Shown here: positions 9,723 to 19,955 of the stretch, piece after piece
How the letters are laid out: every line of letters begins with the position of its first letter
Position numbering within the stretch: position 1 is the first letter of the stretch
Assembly: GCA_963666285.1 (NCBI GenBank)
Contig: OY762711.1
Length of the DNA: 64,000 nt
Source of the DNA: Sedimentisphaerales bacterium
GTDB lineage: Bacteria; Planctomycetota; Phycisphaerae; Sedimentisphaerales; SM23-30
Reading direction: 5' to 3' (one strand)
Program-made: the position numbers and the translations under genes
Notes under the pieces: model-generated
What the model was told of the DNA's origin: nothing
Database searches by the model: none
The model's input: only the letters and a program-made list of their open reading frames with translations

Positions 9723-12140
9723 GTGAGAAAGTTGACTAAATACATGCAAAATAAATATTTTATACAGAAGATAATTCTAATATTTCTGCTAAGCTGCTTT
9801 TCAATTGCGTATTCGCAAAATACAGAGAAAATGTGTTGGGCTCATTATGTTTCCTGGGGCTTTAATTCGAATAATTTATATGACACGAAACGTCGTTTCA
9901 CTCAACTGACAGATCGTTCAATATTAGGAGAGTGGGTATCAACCGATATTGGAGTGTATTCAACAACCCGGCTCCAAATTGAAGCAGCTATAAAATATGG
10001 TATAGACGGTTTTTGTATCGATGTAATTACCCCTGAAAGTTATATCGGGGCTATGAAGCGCATGTATGAGGCAGCTGAAGGATTTGATTTTAAGATTTCC
10101 ATGTGTATTGACCCCTGGCATGATGTTGACACCATGACAAGTTTGTTAGAAGAATACTTTAAGAAATACGGGCATCACCCCAATAATTGCTATTTAGATG
10201 GAAAACCTGTTTTTTTTATTTACAACCCAGGACCAGCCAACCAACCGGAAGATTTTGAGCGATTCAAACAAGTACTCGATAAACTTAAAAATGATGGCTA
10301 TGAAGGGTATTGGATTGTACAACCAATGCGAGAAAATACATTATGGGATAAGCCTGAAAAGCTGAAAGCATTTTTACAGGTTTTTGATGGGCTATATGAT
10401 TTTGGCAGCAATGGACTTATGCCGGACCAATTAGATACACGGCTAGATAATGGTAGAAAGGCAATTGATAAATATCGGCCCGGAGGTATTCTTGTCGGAG
10501 GCATAACACCAGGCTATAATGGCCCTTTCACAGGTTTTTACAGACCATTTGGCAATACCAAAACATTACGTGATAACTGGCAGTCGTGTATAAATACCAA
10601 TGTTGATTGGGTTTGTATTACCACATGGAATGACTATATTGAAAACACTCACTTTGAGCCTAGTGTCTGGAATCGTGATGTTCTGCTCAGACTTAATAAA
10701 GAGTATCTATATAAATGGCGGGGTGAAACTCCAATTTCCAGACCTGCCGAGTTAATGGTCAGCTATCACCAGGAATGTGACCTTGGTGATGATTGCACAA
10801 TAGAAATAGTTGGCCTACCCTATACGACAGAACAATCATGGTGTGAAATCTGCCTGAAAAATGTCGATGGCAAAATTATCAAGAAATTTCCCGCAATAGA
10901 ACTTAACAAAAATAATATAACAATTGAGACATTGCGCGTGCCAGAAATTGGCCTGCAACATGAAACACTTAGAATGAATGTATTTGCTCGATTAGTTACT
11001 GAATTAAATCCTGAAGCTCCATACAAACAATTATACCCAATAACAATTCGCCCGAGTGGAACTCTTCAGGTACGAACAGTTCGTTTTTTTCTCAATGACA
11101 TATTGGACTGCCAGACCACATTTTCAGTCAATAAAGAAAGCAACAGGCTAACTGCCAAAGCAGGGTTTGAAAGCTGGTCATGGACAGGTAAAGCAGAACT
11201 ACTATGCAATTCACATCCAATAGCTGAAAAGTTTATTGCAAAAGAAGGCTCAATAAGAACTAATGTGAATTTTGACATAAAAGACTGGAAAGGGGTTTAT
11301 CCTCGTGATGAATTCATAATACGTTTCAGCCGGGCCGACGGTAGAATTTTCTTTACAAAGCCGATCTTGATTGATAATTATCCAACAGGTAAAAAAGTAA
11401 AAACAAACATCATAGTTACCGGCAGTGATTTCGATGAAGGATGGGGAATATGGCGTGATCGCATATCCAGACTCCCTAATAATATCATTAGAGAGCTAAA
11501 AGTAAATGAAAACGAGATTTTCAGTTGCGAATTCCCAATGGACATGCCGAAGAAAACAATTACCGAAATTGGCGGCTGGTCTGTTTTAACAGCACCCGGA
11601 AAAGCAAGTAAGTTTAAGATCGAAGAAGAACATAAGCCAAACTATATTGATATAATCGGCCCAGAAGACAGTAAGCGTCAAGCTCTATATTTTGATGGTA
11701 ACGATATGATTGCCCTACCAGTTCGACTACTCCCCCATGGTTCGTTAACAGTAGAAGCATGGATCAGACCAGAAAAAAGCGAATTATCCTCAACAATATT
11801 TTCAGACCGGAACAATGGTGCCTGCCTGCAGATTGCACCTTCCGGGAAAATAGTTGCAAAACGGTCTAACTTGCAAATTACCAGCACAGAAAATATAAAT
11901 GATGGTTTATGGTACCATGTTGCAATGGTATATGACGGCAAATCATTATCTCTCTATATTAATGGTAAAAAAGATTCAATGATGCCGGCAGAAACAAAAC
12001 CTATACGAATCAACTCTATCGGTTCTATAGGAGCGGCTGATATTGGTTTGCAGAATTACGGTGAATATTATAAAGGATACATGGGAGGGTTGTGCATCAC
12101 AGGCCGCCCACTAGAGCCTTCAGAGTTTAAGCTGAATTGA
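9723..12140 (+). CDS. Secreted GH71/GH99-like glycoside hydrolase with C-terminal LamG-like domain
   Basis: Signal peptide; WAHY, QIEAAIKYGIDGF, DGKPVFF, TTWNDYIE..HFEP; C-terminal TVEAWIRP..WYHVAMVYDG..LYING. Confidence 0.7.
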   Translation: MRKLTKYMQNKYFIQKIILIFLLSCFSIAYSQNTEKMCWAHYVSWGFNSNNLYDTKRRFTQLTDRSILGEWVSTDIGVYSTTRLQIEAAIKYGIDGFCIDVITPESYIGAMKRMYEAAEGFDFKISMCIDPWHDVDTMTSLLEEYFKKYGHHPNNCYLDGKPVFFIYNPGPANQPEDFERFKQVLDKLKNDGYEGYWIVQPMRENTLWDKPEKLKAFLQVFDGLYDFGSNGLMPDQLDTRLDNGRKAIDKYRPGGILVGGITPGYNGPFTGFYRPFGNTKTLRDNWQSCINTNVDWVCITTWNDYIENTHFEPSVWNRDVLLRLNKEYLYKWRGETPISRPAELMVSYHQECDLGDDCTIEIVGLPYTTEQSWCEICLKNVDGKIIKKFPAIELNKNNITIETLRVPEIGLQHETLRMNVFARLVTELNPEAPYKQLYPITIRPSGTLQVRTVRFFLNDILDCQTTFSVNKESNRLTAKAGFESWSWTGKAELLCNSHPIAEKFIAKEGSIRTNVNFDIKDWKGVYPRDEFIIRFSRADGRIFFTKPILIDNYPTGKKVKTNIIVTGSDFDEGWGIWRDRISRLPNNIIRELKVNENEIFSCEFPMDMPKKTITEIGGWSVLTAPGKASKFKIEEEHKPNYIDIIGPEDSKRQALYFDGNDMIALPVRLLPHGSLTVEAWIRPEKSELSSTIFSDRNNGACLQIAPSGKIVAKRSNLQITSTENINDGLWYHVAMVYDGKSLSLYINGKKDSMMPAETKPIRINSIGSIGAADIGLQNYGEYYKGYMGGLCITGRPLEPSEFKLN

Positions 12141-12190
12141 ATATCTAAAAACTGTCGAAAAGCTCATTTGATATATATTGGGAACAATTC

Positions 12191-12226
12191 AAAAAAAATC
12201 CCTGAAATTTGCCAGTTCAGAGTGTT
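12191..12226 (-). terminator. Probable terminator downstream of the GH43 gene; diverged copy of 13397-13431
   Basis: A-tract plus CCTGAA..TTCAGA stem; aligns with the thrC terminator. Confidence 0.5.
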
Positions 12227-12256
12227 AATTTGTACTAGCCACTACTTTTTTGCATT

Positions 12257-13228
12257 TTATTTTTGGTATATTCCGTCAGAGCTCATTTGGATTTTCTTTA
12301 TAGTACCGTCAGTATTATATACCATTTCTTCAATACAGACTGATCTGCTATAACTGCTGCCGTCAGTCTGGATAGCTCCATTGTGATAGATAAAATACCA
12401 TTTGTTGTTAAATTGTTCTATTGCCTGATGGTTGGTATTACTATTACCTGCAATTTCATTAAGTATCCCCTTATACTCATAATCCCCTTCAATACTATCA
12501 GCCATTGCATATGCAATCTTTTCAGGAAAACCCGTGGCATAGGTAAGATAGTATTTGCCCTGGTGTTTATGTATCCATGGTGCTTCGGTAAAATCAAACC
12601 GATCGAACTTTATCTGCTTGATTGGCCCGTCAATTTCAACCATATTATCCTTGAGCCTGGCGTAATAGCATTCTCTATTACCCCAGAATATCCAAGGCTG
12701 GTCATCATCGTCAATAAAAACAGCGGGGTCAATACAAGCCCATGAGTGGCTTGACGCAAAACAATCCTTGTTAGTCAGTAAAGGCTTATTGATGGCATCT
12801 TTAAACGGTCCCTGCGGACTATCGGAAACAGCAACACCAATTCCAGTCCAGTTGGTACTGATATACCAATAATACTTACCATTTCTATAGGCAACGTGTC
12901 CGGCATAAGCATCACCGCTTTTAGCCCATGCAAAATCTGTTATCTTAAGAGGAACGGGATATTCGACCCATTTTTTCATATCTTTTGTTGAGAAAACCAG
13001 CCAATCTTTTAATTTATACCCTTTCTGGCCACCTGCAAAATCATGACCAGTATACAACCAGAGAGTATCGTCCTGAACAAGAGCAGCCGGATCAGCAGTA
13101 TATTTATGGGTAAAAATCGGATTACCGGTAGGATGCAAAACAGAAACGGCATCGTCAGTTTGATCGTTAGCAGCAGCAAAACTAAAGACACAACTAACAA
13201 CTAACAATATAAAAATAATTCTCTGCAT
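12257..13228 (-). CDS. Glycoside hydrolase family 43 protein (secreted)
   Basis: GNPIF..YTADPAA, IDPAVFIDDD, FTEAPW, TNHQAI; start moved to ATG 13228 (AGGAAGG RBS, signal peptide MQRIIFILLVV). Confidence 0.9.
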   Translation of the reverse strand: MQRIIFILLVVSCVFSFAAANDQTDDAVSVLHPTGNPIFTHKYTADPAALVQDDTLWLYTGHDFAGGQKGYKLKDWLVFSTKDMKKWVEYPVPLKITDFAWAKSGDAYAGHVAYRNGKYYWYISTNWTGIGVAVSDSPQGPFKDAINKPLLTNKDCFASSHSWACIDPAVFIDDDDQPWIFWGNRECYYARLKDNMVEIDGPIKQIKFDRFDFTEAPWIHKHQGKYYLTYATGFPEKIAYAMADSIEGDYEYKGILNEIAGNSNTNHQAIEQFNNKWYFIYHNGAIQTDGSSYSRSVCIEEMVYNTDGTIKKIQMSSDGIYQK

Positions 13229-13396
13229 GATATCAATATCCTTCCTATTTTTAATTCTTATGGCAACCACTGAAAACTCATTTTGAGCGACTGTTTTTTC
13301 TTTTGCTAACATGCTACACATAAAACAGTGATATAAACCAATGATGCAAAGCAAAAAATTATAAGGTTATAAACTTATAAAATCATTGTAAATACT

Positions 13397-13431
13397 AAAA
13401 AACACCCTGGAATTTGTCAGTCCAGGGTGTT
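13397..13431 (-). terminator. Rho-independent terminator after thrC
   Basis: AACACCCTGGA..TCCAGGGTGTT stem with a T-tract on the minus strand. Confidence 0.8.
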
Positions 13432-13443
13432 GAGTATTTGGGG

Positions 13444-14781
13444 TTATTTTCTTAAGCTATTAATGATAGCGTCGAGGTCATTTTCGACCTCAGTGGGTTT
13501 ATTGGAGAAGGCACCGTCGGTGTCGATATGATACTTGACAGTCTGGTTCGGGTCTTTGAGCTGATGGCCGGTAAGCACACAGGCAACTCTTTCATCAGCA
13601 CCAATCACGCCTTCATCACGAAGGATCTTTAAACCGGCAATAGTAGCAGCGGAAGCCGGTTCACAGCCAATGCCCCAGCGGCCAATGACCGCCTTGGCTT
13701 CAATTATCTTTTCATCAGATACCCTGCGAACCACACCATTGCAAATATTAATGGCACGCAGACATTTAATCAGATTAACAGGACGTGAAATCTCGATAGC
13801 GGTAGCAACAGTATCCGGTGAATAATTAGCTGCGTCCAACTCGGCGTAATAATCACTGATAACCTGGTCACGATTTTCCGAATTAAGTGATACTCCCCTG
13901 TTTACAGTGAGTTCATAAAGGGTATCGGCACCATTAGCAACAATAATAGCGAGACGCGGGATGCGATCAATAAGACCAAGCTCCTTGAGCTCGGCGAATG
14001 CTTTGCCGAAAGCCGAACTGTTGCCAAGGTTACCACCAGGAACAACGATCCAATCCGGAACTTCCCAGTTTAGACCTTCAAGGATACGATACATAATGGT
14101 CTTCTGGCCTTCGAGCCGGAAAGGATTGACAGAATTAACCAGGTATAGTTGTTCCTGCCTGGCTACATCTTTGACCTGGCGCATGCAATCATCGAAATCT
14201 CCCTTAATCTGGAGAGTGCGGGCGCCGTAGTCGAGCGCCTGGCTGAGTTTGCCATAGGCGATACGACCGGAGCCGATAAAAACAGTGCTGTTCATGCCGC
14301 AGGAATGGGCATAAAGTGCAAGAGATGCCGAAGTATTTCCGGTTGAAGCACATACAGCATGTTTGGCACCGACAAGCTGAGCATGAGTAAACGCCCCGCT
14401 CATACCATTATCTTTGAACGATCCACTAGGGTTACAGCCTTCATATTCCAGGTATGTGCAGTTCGGGTTCATGCCGGCATATTCGCCGACTTTATCATTT
14501 TTCTGAAGGATAGTCTGCCCTTCGCCAACGGTGACGACATTAGCTTCATCACAGAAGTTGATAAGGTTTCGGAAACGCCATACACCAGAATAATCAAGCG
14601 GATTATTACGAGTAGACCAGCGGTTTTCAAACCATTTCAGCGAATCCGGGACTTCCATTATATCCCAGTTGTATTTAACATCCAAAAGACTACCGCAAGC
14701 AGGACAGGCAGGAAGGATTTCCTCAACACCATAAGTTGCCCCGCAACTGCTTTCTATACATTGCTGCCAAACTTTATCCAC
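13444..14781 (-). CDS. thrC: Threonine synthase
   Basis: [13 protein letters not shown] lysine, [35 protein letters not shown]. Confidence 0.93.
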   Translation of the reverse strand: MDKVWQQCIESSCGATYGVEEILPACPACGSLLDVKYNWDIMEVPDSLKWFENRWSTRNNPLDYSGVWRFRNLINFCDEANVVTVGEGQTILQKNDKVGEYAGMNPNCTYLEYEGCNPSGSFKDNGMSGAFTHAQLVGAKHAVCASTGNTSASLALYAHSCGMNSTVFIGSGRIAYGKLSQALDYGARTLQIKGDFDDCMRQVKDVARQEQLYLVNSVNPFRLEGQKTIMYRILEGLNWEVPDWIVVPGGNLGNSSAFGKAFAELKELGLIDRIPRLAIIVANGADTLYELTVNRGVSLNSENRDQVISDYYAELDAANYSPDTVATAIEISRPVNLIKCLRAINICNGVVRRVSDEKIIEAKAVIGRWGIGCEPASAATIAGLKILRDEGVIGADERVACVLTGHQLKDPNQTVKYHIDTDGAFSNKPTEVENDLDAIINSLRK

Positions 14782-14808
14782 AATAGTACCTTTCTAAACA
14801 AAAAATAT

Positions 14809-16662
14809 CTACTTATCTCTAATTTCAATTTTCATATTGCTTGAGCCAATAAACACATAATCACACGGAGTAATAGAGTCGATCATCCTGCTGTATGCCG
14901 TAATAGGCCGCTCGCTGGATTTTCCAGCAAGCAGCATAGCTTTTCCTGCAGGCAAAGCGGGAAGAGATTCATCTTCAACTGCCAAACCAGGCTCGTTAGT
15001 AACAATAAACATATATATTTTATCCTGACGATATTGATTTCTTTCATTCAGCACTTTAACAATCTTTTCTGTAGTGTCAGCAAAGCCTTTTTGTGGCTGA
15101 CAGCGAGTGAGGTTAGCCAGATAAGCCCGTTTGTTACCAATTCCAAGCTGATATTCGCCAGGCGGAATGTCACCAGGCAGCACAAGCTCAGCCTTTAATG
15201 AAACATTAGGCAGCCGATATTGATAACAGTCGATATCAGCTTTAATAGTATCGCCCGGATAGAAAACGGTATTATTAAGACTTACCTTATCAAGCTCAGC
15301 AACCGAGGTTTGATTTTTTACCCTTACTTTTGATTCCACACTCTGAAGCAAAGGTTTGTCCCAAGGACTGTTTGCAACCAGAGATGTACCCTGGACAATG
15401 TCAAGTGAAAGATCAAAAGTTGAGCTATCTGAGGATATATCGGAGATATTCACAATACCATATTTGCCAAAATCCAAGACAACATCATATTCAAGAGTAC
15501 ACAGATCCGGCAAATCACCGCGATATAAAGTCGGAGCAACAACAGAAATCATCGAGGTACTAGAGACAAACATCTCATCATTAACCAAATTCATATTGAA
15601 TTCAACAGTCTCGTCAACATCTGAATATTCGACAACAGTATGAGCCTTACAGGTATCGACTTTTTTGCCAAGCCTGCCGCAGATAGCCTGGACCTCGTCA
15701 GCTTCAACAGCTCCAACAACATCAACAGCCTGTCCCAGTTTAAATGACATTGACGTACTGCTCATAAAAGTATGAATATAGCCAGTTGCCAGCGGCCAGT
15801 TGCACTGGCCGGTACCATTAAACGCATGGCCGAAAGCAAAGACCCAATCATCGATAACCTCTGTAACAGTTCCAAGAGCAGCGGCATTATAATCGCCAGA
15901 AACAATCGGGATAACCAGAGAAGAGCCACGCTCAATCTTTGGCCGGTCATTTTCAAGCAAGTGATCTATATTACCGGTAAAATTGCTAACATTAGCTTTG
16001 AAACCAGGAAGAATTTCATTTATCTGTGAAGTGGCAGCATTATTAAGCCCGGAAAATGAAACCATAACCGGCAGCGTTGTCATTCCATCGGTAACAACAG
16101 GAGCTGAAAAACCAGAGGCCCTGGCAATAGATTCCAGGTCATTTTTAGACAGAATCTGAGGAGCTAATAACCTATTATAGACCTTCTCATCCAGGATTTT
16201 CACACCATTGGCAACTTCAGTTTTATTATCTTTGGCAAGAACCCTTTTATGGACGTTAAGCATCTGTTTAATTGGAGTAACACCATACAACGGTTCTTTC
16301 TGGAAATTCCATCCAAAAGACATAGCACCGGCTAATCTGTCATCGAAAAAAACCGGAGAACCACTACATCCTTGTACGCCGCGAGCAATATCAAAAACTT
16401 CGTTATCTTTAACTTTAATAAGAAAAGCATTTCTGCCAGCAGATTTATTAGAGATAATTGAGATAACTTCAACCTTGAATTTCTCCACCTTTGCGCCTTC
16501 GAATACAGTCAGGCCGTAGCCAATCATGCCACGGTGCAATTCATCTATATCAATATATTTTGTGCTGTCAAACTCCAGTTTCTCCAGAGAAATATCACCG
16601 GAAAATGCAGATGATGCAACCAGGCACAAACAAACAGCAATAAACAGCTGGGAAAATTTCAT
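14809..16662 (-). CDS. SpoIVB peptidase S55 domain-containing secreted protein
   Basis: GYGLTVFEG..VEKF.VEV, QGCSGSPVF..LAGAM, AFGH; signal peptide. Confidence 0.8.
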   Translation of the reverse strand: MKFSQLFIAVCLCLVASSAFSGDISLEKLEFDSTKYIDIDELHRGMIGYGLTVFEGAKVEKFKVEVISIISNKSAGRNAFLIKVKDNEVFDIARGVQGCSGSPVFFDDRLAGAMSFGWNFQKEPLYGVTPIKQMLNVHKRVLAKDNKTEVANGVKILDEKVYNRLLAPQILSKNDLESIARASGFSAPVVTDGMTTLPVMVSFSGLNNAATSQINEILPGFKANVSNFTGNIDHLLENDRPKIERGSSLVIPIVSGDYNAAALGTVTEVIDDWVFAFGHAFNGTGQCNWPLATGYIHTFMSSTSMSFKLGQAVDVVGAVEADEVQAICGRLGKKVDTCKAHTVVEYSDVDETVEFNMNLVNDEMFVSSTSMISVVAPTLYRGDLPDLCTLEYDVVLDFGKYGIVNISDISSDSSTFDLSLDIVQGTSLVANSPWDKPLLQSVESKVRVKNQTSVAELDKVSLNNTVFYPGDTIKADIDCYQYRLPNVSLKAELVLPGDIPPGEYQLGIGNKRAYLANLTRCQPQKGFADTTEKIVKVLNERNQYRQDKIYMFIVTNEPGLAVEDESLPALPAGKAMLLAGKSSERPITAYSRMIDSITPCDYVFIGSSNMKIEIRDK

Positions 16663-17032
16663 ATATCAACCTCATTGAAAATACGCAAAGTATTTGTGGC
16701 GATCGACTTACATAAATTAGCGGTGTCTCTAGACACATTTAAATAAATGCAAAATAACGACTAATACCAAGCGTGTTCATGTAATAAATACCTTGTTTTT
16801 ATATACAATTATGTACTGCAGCACATCGTAACATCTTTCAGCAGTCAAAGATGAGACAATAACAGCCAAAATATCAATAAATATATATAAGGCAAAATTT
16901 TACAAGAAACCACGAGGACAGTCAACGTTATCTTTTTGCTTTATTTATGCAATAAAAACCTTTATAATTCCATAAGTAGATTGACATAACAATATTGTCC
17001 AAAGTAGTTTAATAAGATTTAAAGAATGCCAA

Positions 17033-17923
17033 ATGGCAGAGCCAAACATCAAAACCCGAATATTATATATAATGCTTTTTTTGTCAGCAATCTTCGTATT
17101 ATTGCCTGATAAATACACAAATAAGGCCAATTTCGCATTATCAAGCCTGGTAGAAATCGCCTCATCCAAACCATATACAATTGCCTCAGAAACCAGCGAC
17201 CAGATTGAAGATATAATAGATCAAGATGATGAATATAACGATTTATTGAGAAAATACGAGAATCTGCTGATTGAACTAAATAATACTAAAAGCGAAATGG
17301 CATATCAGCAACGGCATATCGAGGAACTCGCAAATATCAGAAACGAATTCAGTTTTGGGCGTGCCACACTGGTCCGTGCACATATCTCAGCTGAAGACAC
17401 ATCCATTTCACGAAAGAACAAGATAGTCAACCGCGGCAGCCGTGATGGAGTACGTCCAGGTTTGTTTGCCCTGGCAACATGCGAAACTTATGAAGAAAGT
17501 AACACAAGTGAAAACCCTACAGCAACAGTATGGAAATCGGCAGTTGCCGGTAAAATAATCTCGGTTAGCCTGACAAGCAGTGCAATCCAGATGCTGAACG
17601 ACCCGGCATTTTCAGAGACAGTAATAATAAAGTCAGGTCGCGGCAGACAGGATAGCTTTGAATCAGAAGGAGTAATCTACTGTGACGGCAAGGGCAATAT
17701 TAAGGTAAAGCATGTAGAAACTAACTGCCCAGTAAAACCAGGCGATCCGATTTTTCTCAAAGCTTCAGAAAAGACAATGCCAATCGATATTATCATAGGA
17801 TACGTCTCGAACTGTGACTATAATCCAGACAATGCGGTTTTATGGAATATTACGGTGCAGCCGGCTGTAAATTTATCAGATATCAAAGACGTTATAATAG
17901 TCTTTCACGGCTCTGAAGAATAA
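17033..17923 (+). CDS. mreC: Rod shape-determining protein MreC
   Basis: N-terminal TM, coiled coil, IVNRGSRDGV..G, GD.I, V.PAVNLS.I..V; followed by an MreD-like gene. Confidence 0.75.
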   Translation: MAEPNIKTRILYIMLFLSAIFVLLPDKYTNKANFALSSLVEIASSKPYTIASETSDQIEDIIDQDDEYNDLLRKYENLLIELNNTKSEMAYQQRHIEELANIRNEFSFGRATLVRAHISAEDTSISRKNKIVNRGSRDGVRPGLFALATCETYEESNTSENPTATVWKSAVAGKIISVSLTSSAIQMLNDPAFSETVIIKSGRGRQDSFESEGVIYCDGKGNIKVKHVETNCPVKPGDPIFLKASEKTMPIDIIIGYVSNCDYNPDNAVLWNITVQPAVNLSDIKDVIIVFHGSEE

Positions 17924-17924
17924 T

Positions 17925-18419
17925 ATGAAATGGTCTTCGTTTATAATTATGGCAGCGGCAACTCTACTGCTGCAGGTTAGCATAATTCCATTTATTGCTA
18001 TCGGCCCTCAGAATGTAAAGCCGGATATTCTGCTATTGACAGGATTGCTGATTGCGTTTCGGACAGATTCCTATGACAACGCCCTGCTTCAATGCTGGAT
18101 AATAGGTATAATTCACGATATGAACAGTGCCAACCCATTTGGCATTTACAGTTTATGCCTTGGCTGCGCAGCATTGTTTGTAGTATGGTTCAGGAAATGG
18201 TTTATGTCAAATAACCTGCTGCTGATAATGCTATGGGTGTTTATATGCACAACGGGAATAGAAAATATTGCAATACTGGCAGTAATCTGGAAAAAACAGA
18301 TATCAATAGAGAATTATAAAAACATATCTCAAATGATATGGTTTTCAGCAGCATATACATCTGCCCTGGCACCATATTTACAAATATTTATCCGTAGAAA
18401 AAAATGGAATCTCCAATAG
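17925..18419 (+). CDS. mreD: Rod shape-determining protein MreD
   Basis: Hydrophobic; PDILLL, G.I.D....PFG; begins 1 bp after mreC. Confidence 0.75.
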   Translation: MKWSSFIIMAAATLLLQVSIIPFIAIGPQNVKPDILLLTGLLIAFRTDSYDNALLQCWIIGIIHDMNSANPFGIYSLCLGCAALFVVWFRKWFMSNNLLLIMLWVFICTTGIENIAILAVIWKKQISIENYKNISQMIWFSAAYTSALAPYLQIFIRRKKWNLQ

Positions 18420-18428
18420 GAATCGAAG

Positions 18429-19709
18429 TTAATCTACCATTTTTATATTGCCGCCGAGCGAATTCATAAGCGTAACAAAATTTGGAAAAGTAATAGCCAT
18501 AGCCTCGGCAGTATCTATAATTGTTTCTCCGTCAATTGCCATACCGGCCAGTGACAATGCCATAACTACCCTGTGATCGCTATGGCCCTGCAGATTGGTT
18601 GCGGTGAGTTTTCCTGGCCGAATAATAAGTCCATCTTCCAGCTCTTCAGTATCGGCACCAAGTTTACGCAGTTCAGCAGCCATAACAGCAATGCGGTCTG
18701 TTTCCTTGAGCCTGGCCTGCGCTACATTGACAAGCCTTGTTTCACCCTCGGCAAAACAAGCAGTAACCGCCAAAGCCGGTAAGGCGTCAGGTATGGCATT
18801 CATATCTATTTCAATACCTTTCAACTGACTGGAAGCAATATGGACAGACCGATCTTCAATCTCGATATCTGCCCCCATATCCTTGAGTATCTGAGCAACC
18901 GCTTTGTCGCCCTGCGGGTCGTTAAAGTCCAATCCGGTAAGGGTAATGTCAGCATTGAGAACAGCACCGGCACAAAGGTAGAAAGTAGCTGAGGAGAAGT
19001 CAGCTGCAACGTGGAAATCCATCGGATTGTAGCTTTGACGTCCAGGAATAACAAAATGTTGAAGATCTTCAGCGGCAGTGTATTTGATATTCTGGCGATT
19101 GAGATAGTCCAATGTAATATTAACATATGGTTTCTCATTCAAAAGTGGTACAGTTATTTCAGTATCGTTTTCCGCTAGCGGACAATGAAAGAGAAGGCTG
19201 GAAAGATACTGACTGGTCTTGCATTCAATCGACAACTTACCTCCCTTTAAGCCTCCCCGTACAGTTAACGGAGGTTTACCGTCACAGGCGGCTGAGCTGC
19301 ATTTTGCTCCAAGCTGAGTATAAGCATCTAAAAGCGGCCCCTGCGGGCGTGAGCGAATCTGATGGTCACCATCCATAGATACCTGCTGATCTGATGGAAG
19401 TAGAGCAGCTGAGCCAATGGCAAAACGCATAGTAGTACCAGAATTCCCAACATCAATAATATCGCCGGTGAGAACCGGCTTACCGCCAAAACCTTTAACA
19501 GTCCAACAGTCATCCAGCAACACGATTTCAGCACCAAGCACTCGATAAGAATCGACAGCTGATAGAGTATCAGCTGAATTCAGGGGAGCAAATATTCTGC
19601 TTTCACCATCAGCCAGGGATGCCATCGCAACTGACCTTATGGTGTGAGATTTTGAGCCCGGCATCGGAGCAGTACCATTTAATGATGATTTATGTACAAT
19701 CAGCTTCAT
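18429..19709 (-). CDS. aroA: 3-phosphoshikimate 1-carboxyvinyltransferase
   Basis: PGSKSHT.R, GNSGTTMRF, SQYLSSLL, RLKETDRI, DHRVVM. Confidence 0.96.
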   Translation of the reverse strand: MKLIVHKSSLNGTAPMPGSKSHTIRSVAMASLADGESRIFAPLNSADTLSAVDSYRVLGAEIVLLDDCWTVKGFGGKPVLTGDIIDVGNSGTTMRFAIGSAALLPSDQQVSMDGDHQIRSRPQGPLLDAYTQLGAKCSSAACDGKPPLTVRGGLKGGKLSIECKTSQYLSSLLFHCPLAENDTEITVPLLNEKPYVNITLDYLNRQNIKYTAAEDLQHFVIPGRQSYNPMDFHVAADFSSATFYLCAGAVLNADITLTGLDFNDPQGDKAVAQILKDMGADIEIEDRSVHIASSQLKGIEIDMNAIPDALPALAVTACFAEGETRLVNVAQARLKETDRIAVMAAELRKLGADTEELEDGLIIRPGKLTATNLQGHSDHRVVMALSLAGMAIDGETIIDTAEAMAITFPNFVTLMNSLGGNIKMVD

Positions 19710-19899
19710 ATCAAACCTTTTTTATGTTAGATAAGCAAATAAATATTTTATGTAACGTATTATTATATATAATCTTGCAAACTTCTCGCCAAATTTCTAA
19801 ATAATGATTTGCCTGATATACTATTTAATCTTATATTTGAGTATGACTTCTTCATGAATAATTCTCAAGGGCATGTCAGAGTCCTAAAAAACGTAAATA

Positions 19900-19926
19900 C
19901 CCGTCACAAGAGGCGGGCGTTTTTTT
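19900..19926 (+). terminator. Plus-strand intrinsic terminator within a minus-strand gene cluster
   Basis: CCCGTC-6nt-GGCGGG stem (the G-U pair works only on the + strand) followed by a T7 tract. Confidence 0.55.
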
Positions 19927-19955
19927 GCGCCTTGCACTAACGTCCGAATAACTCC

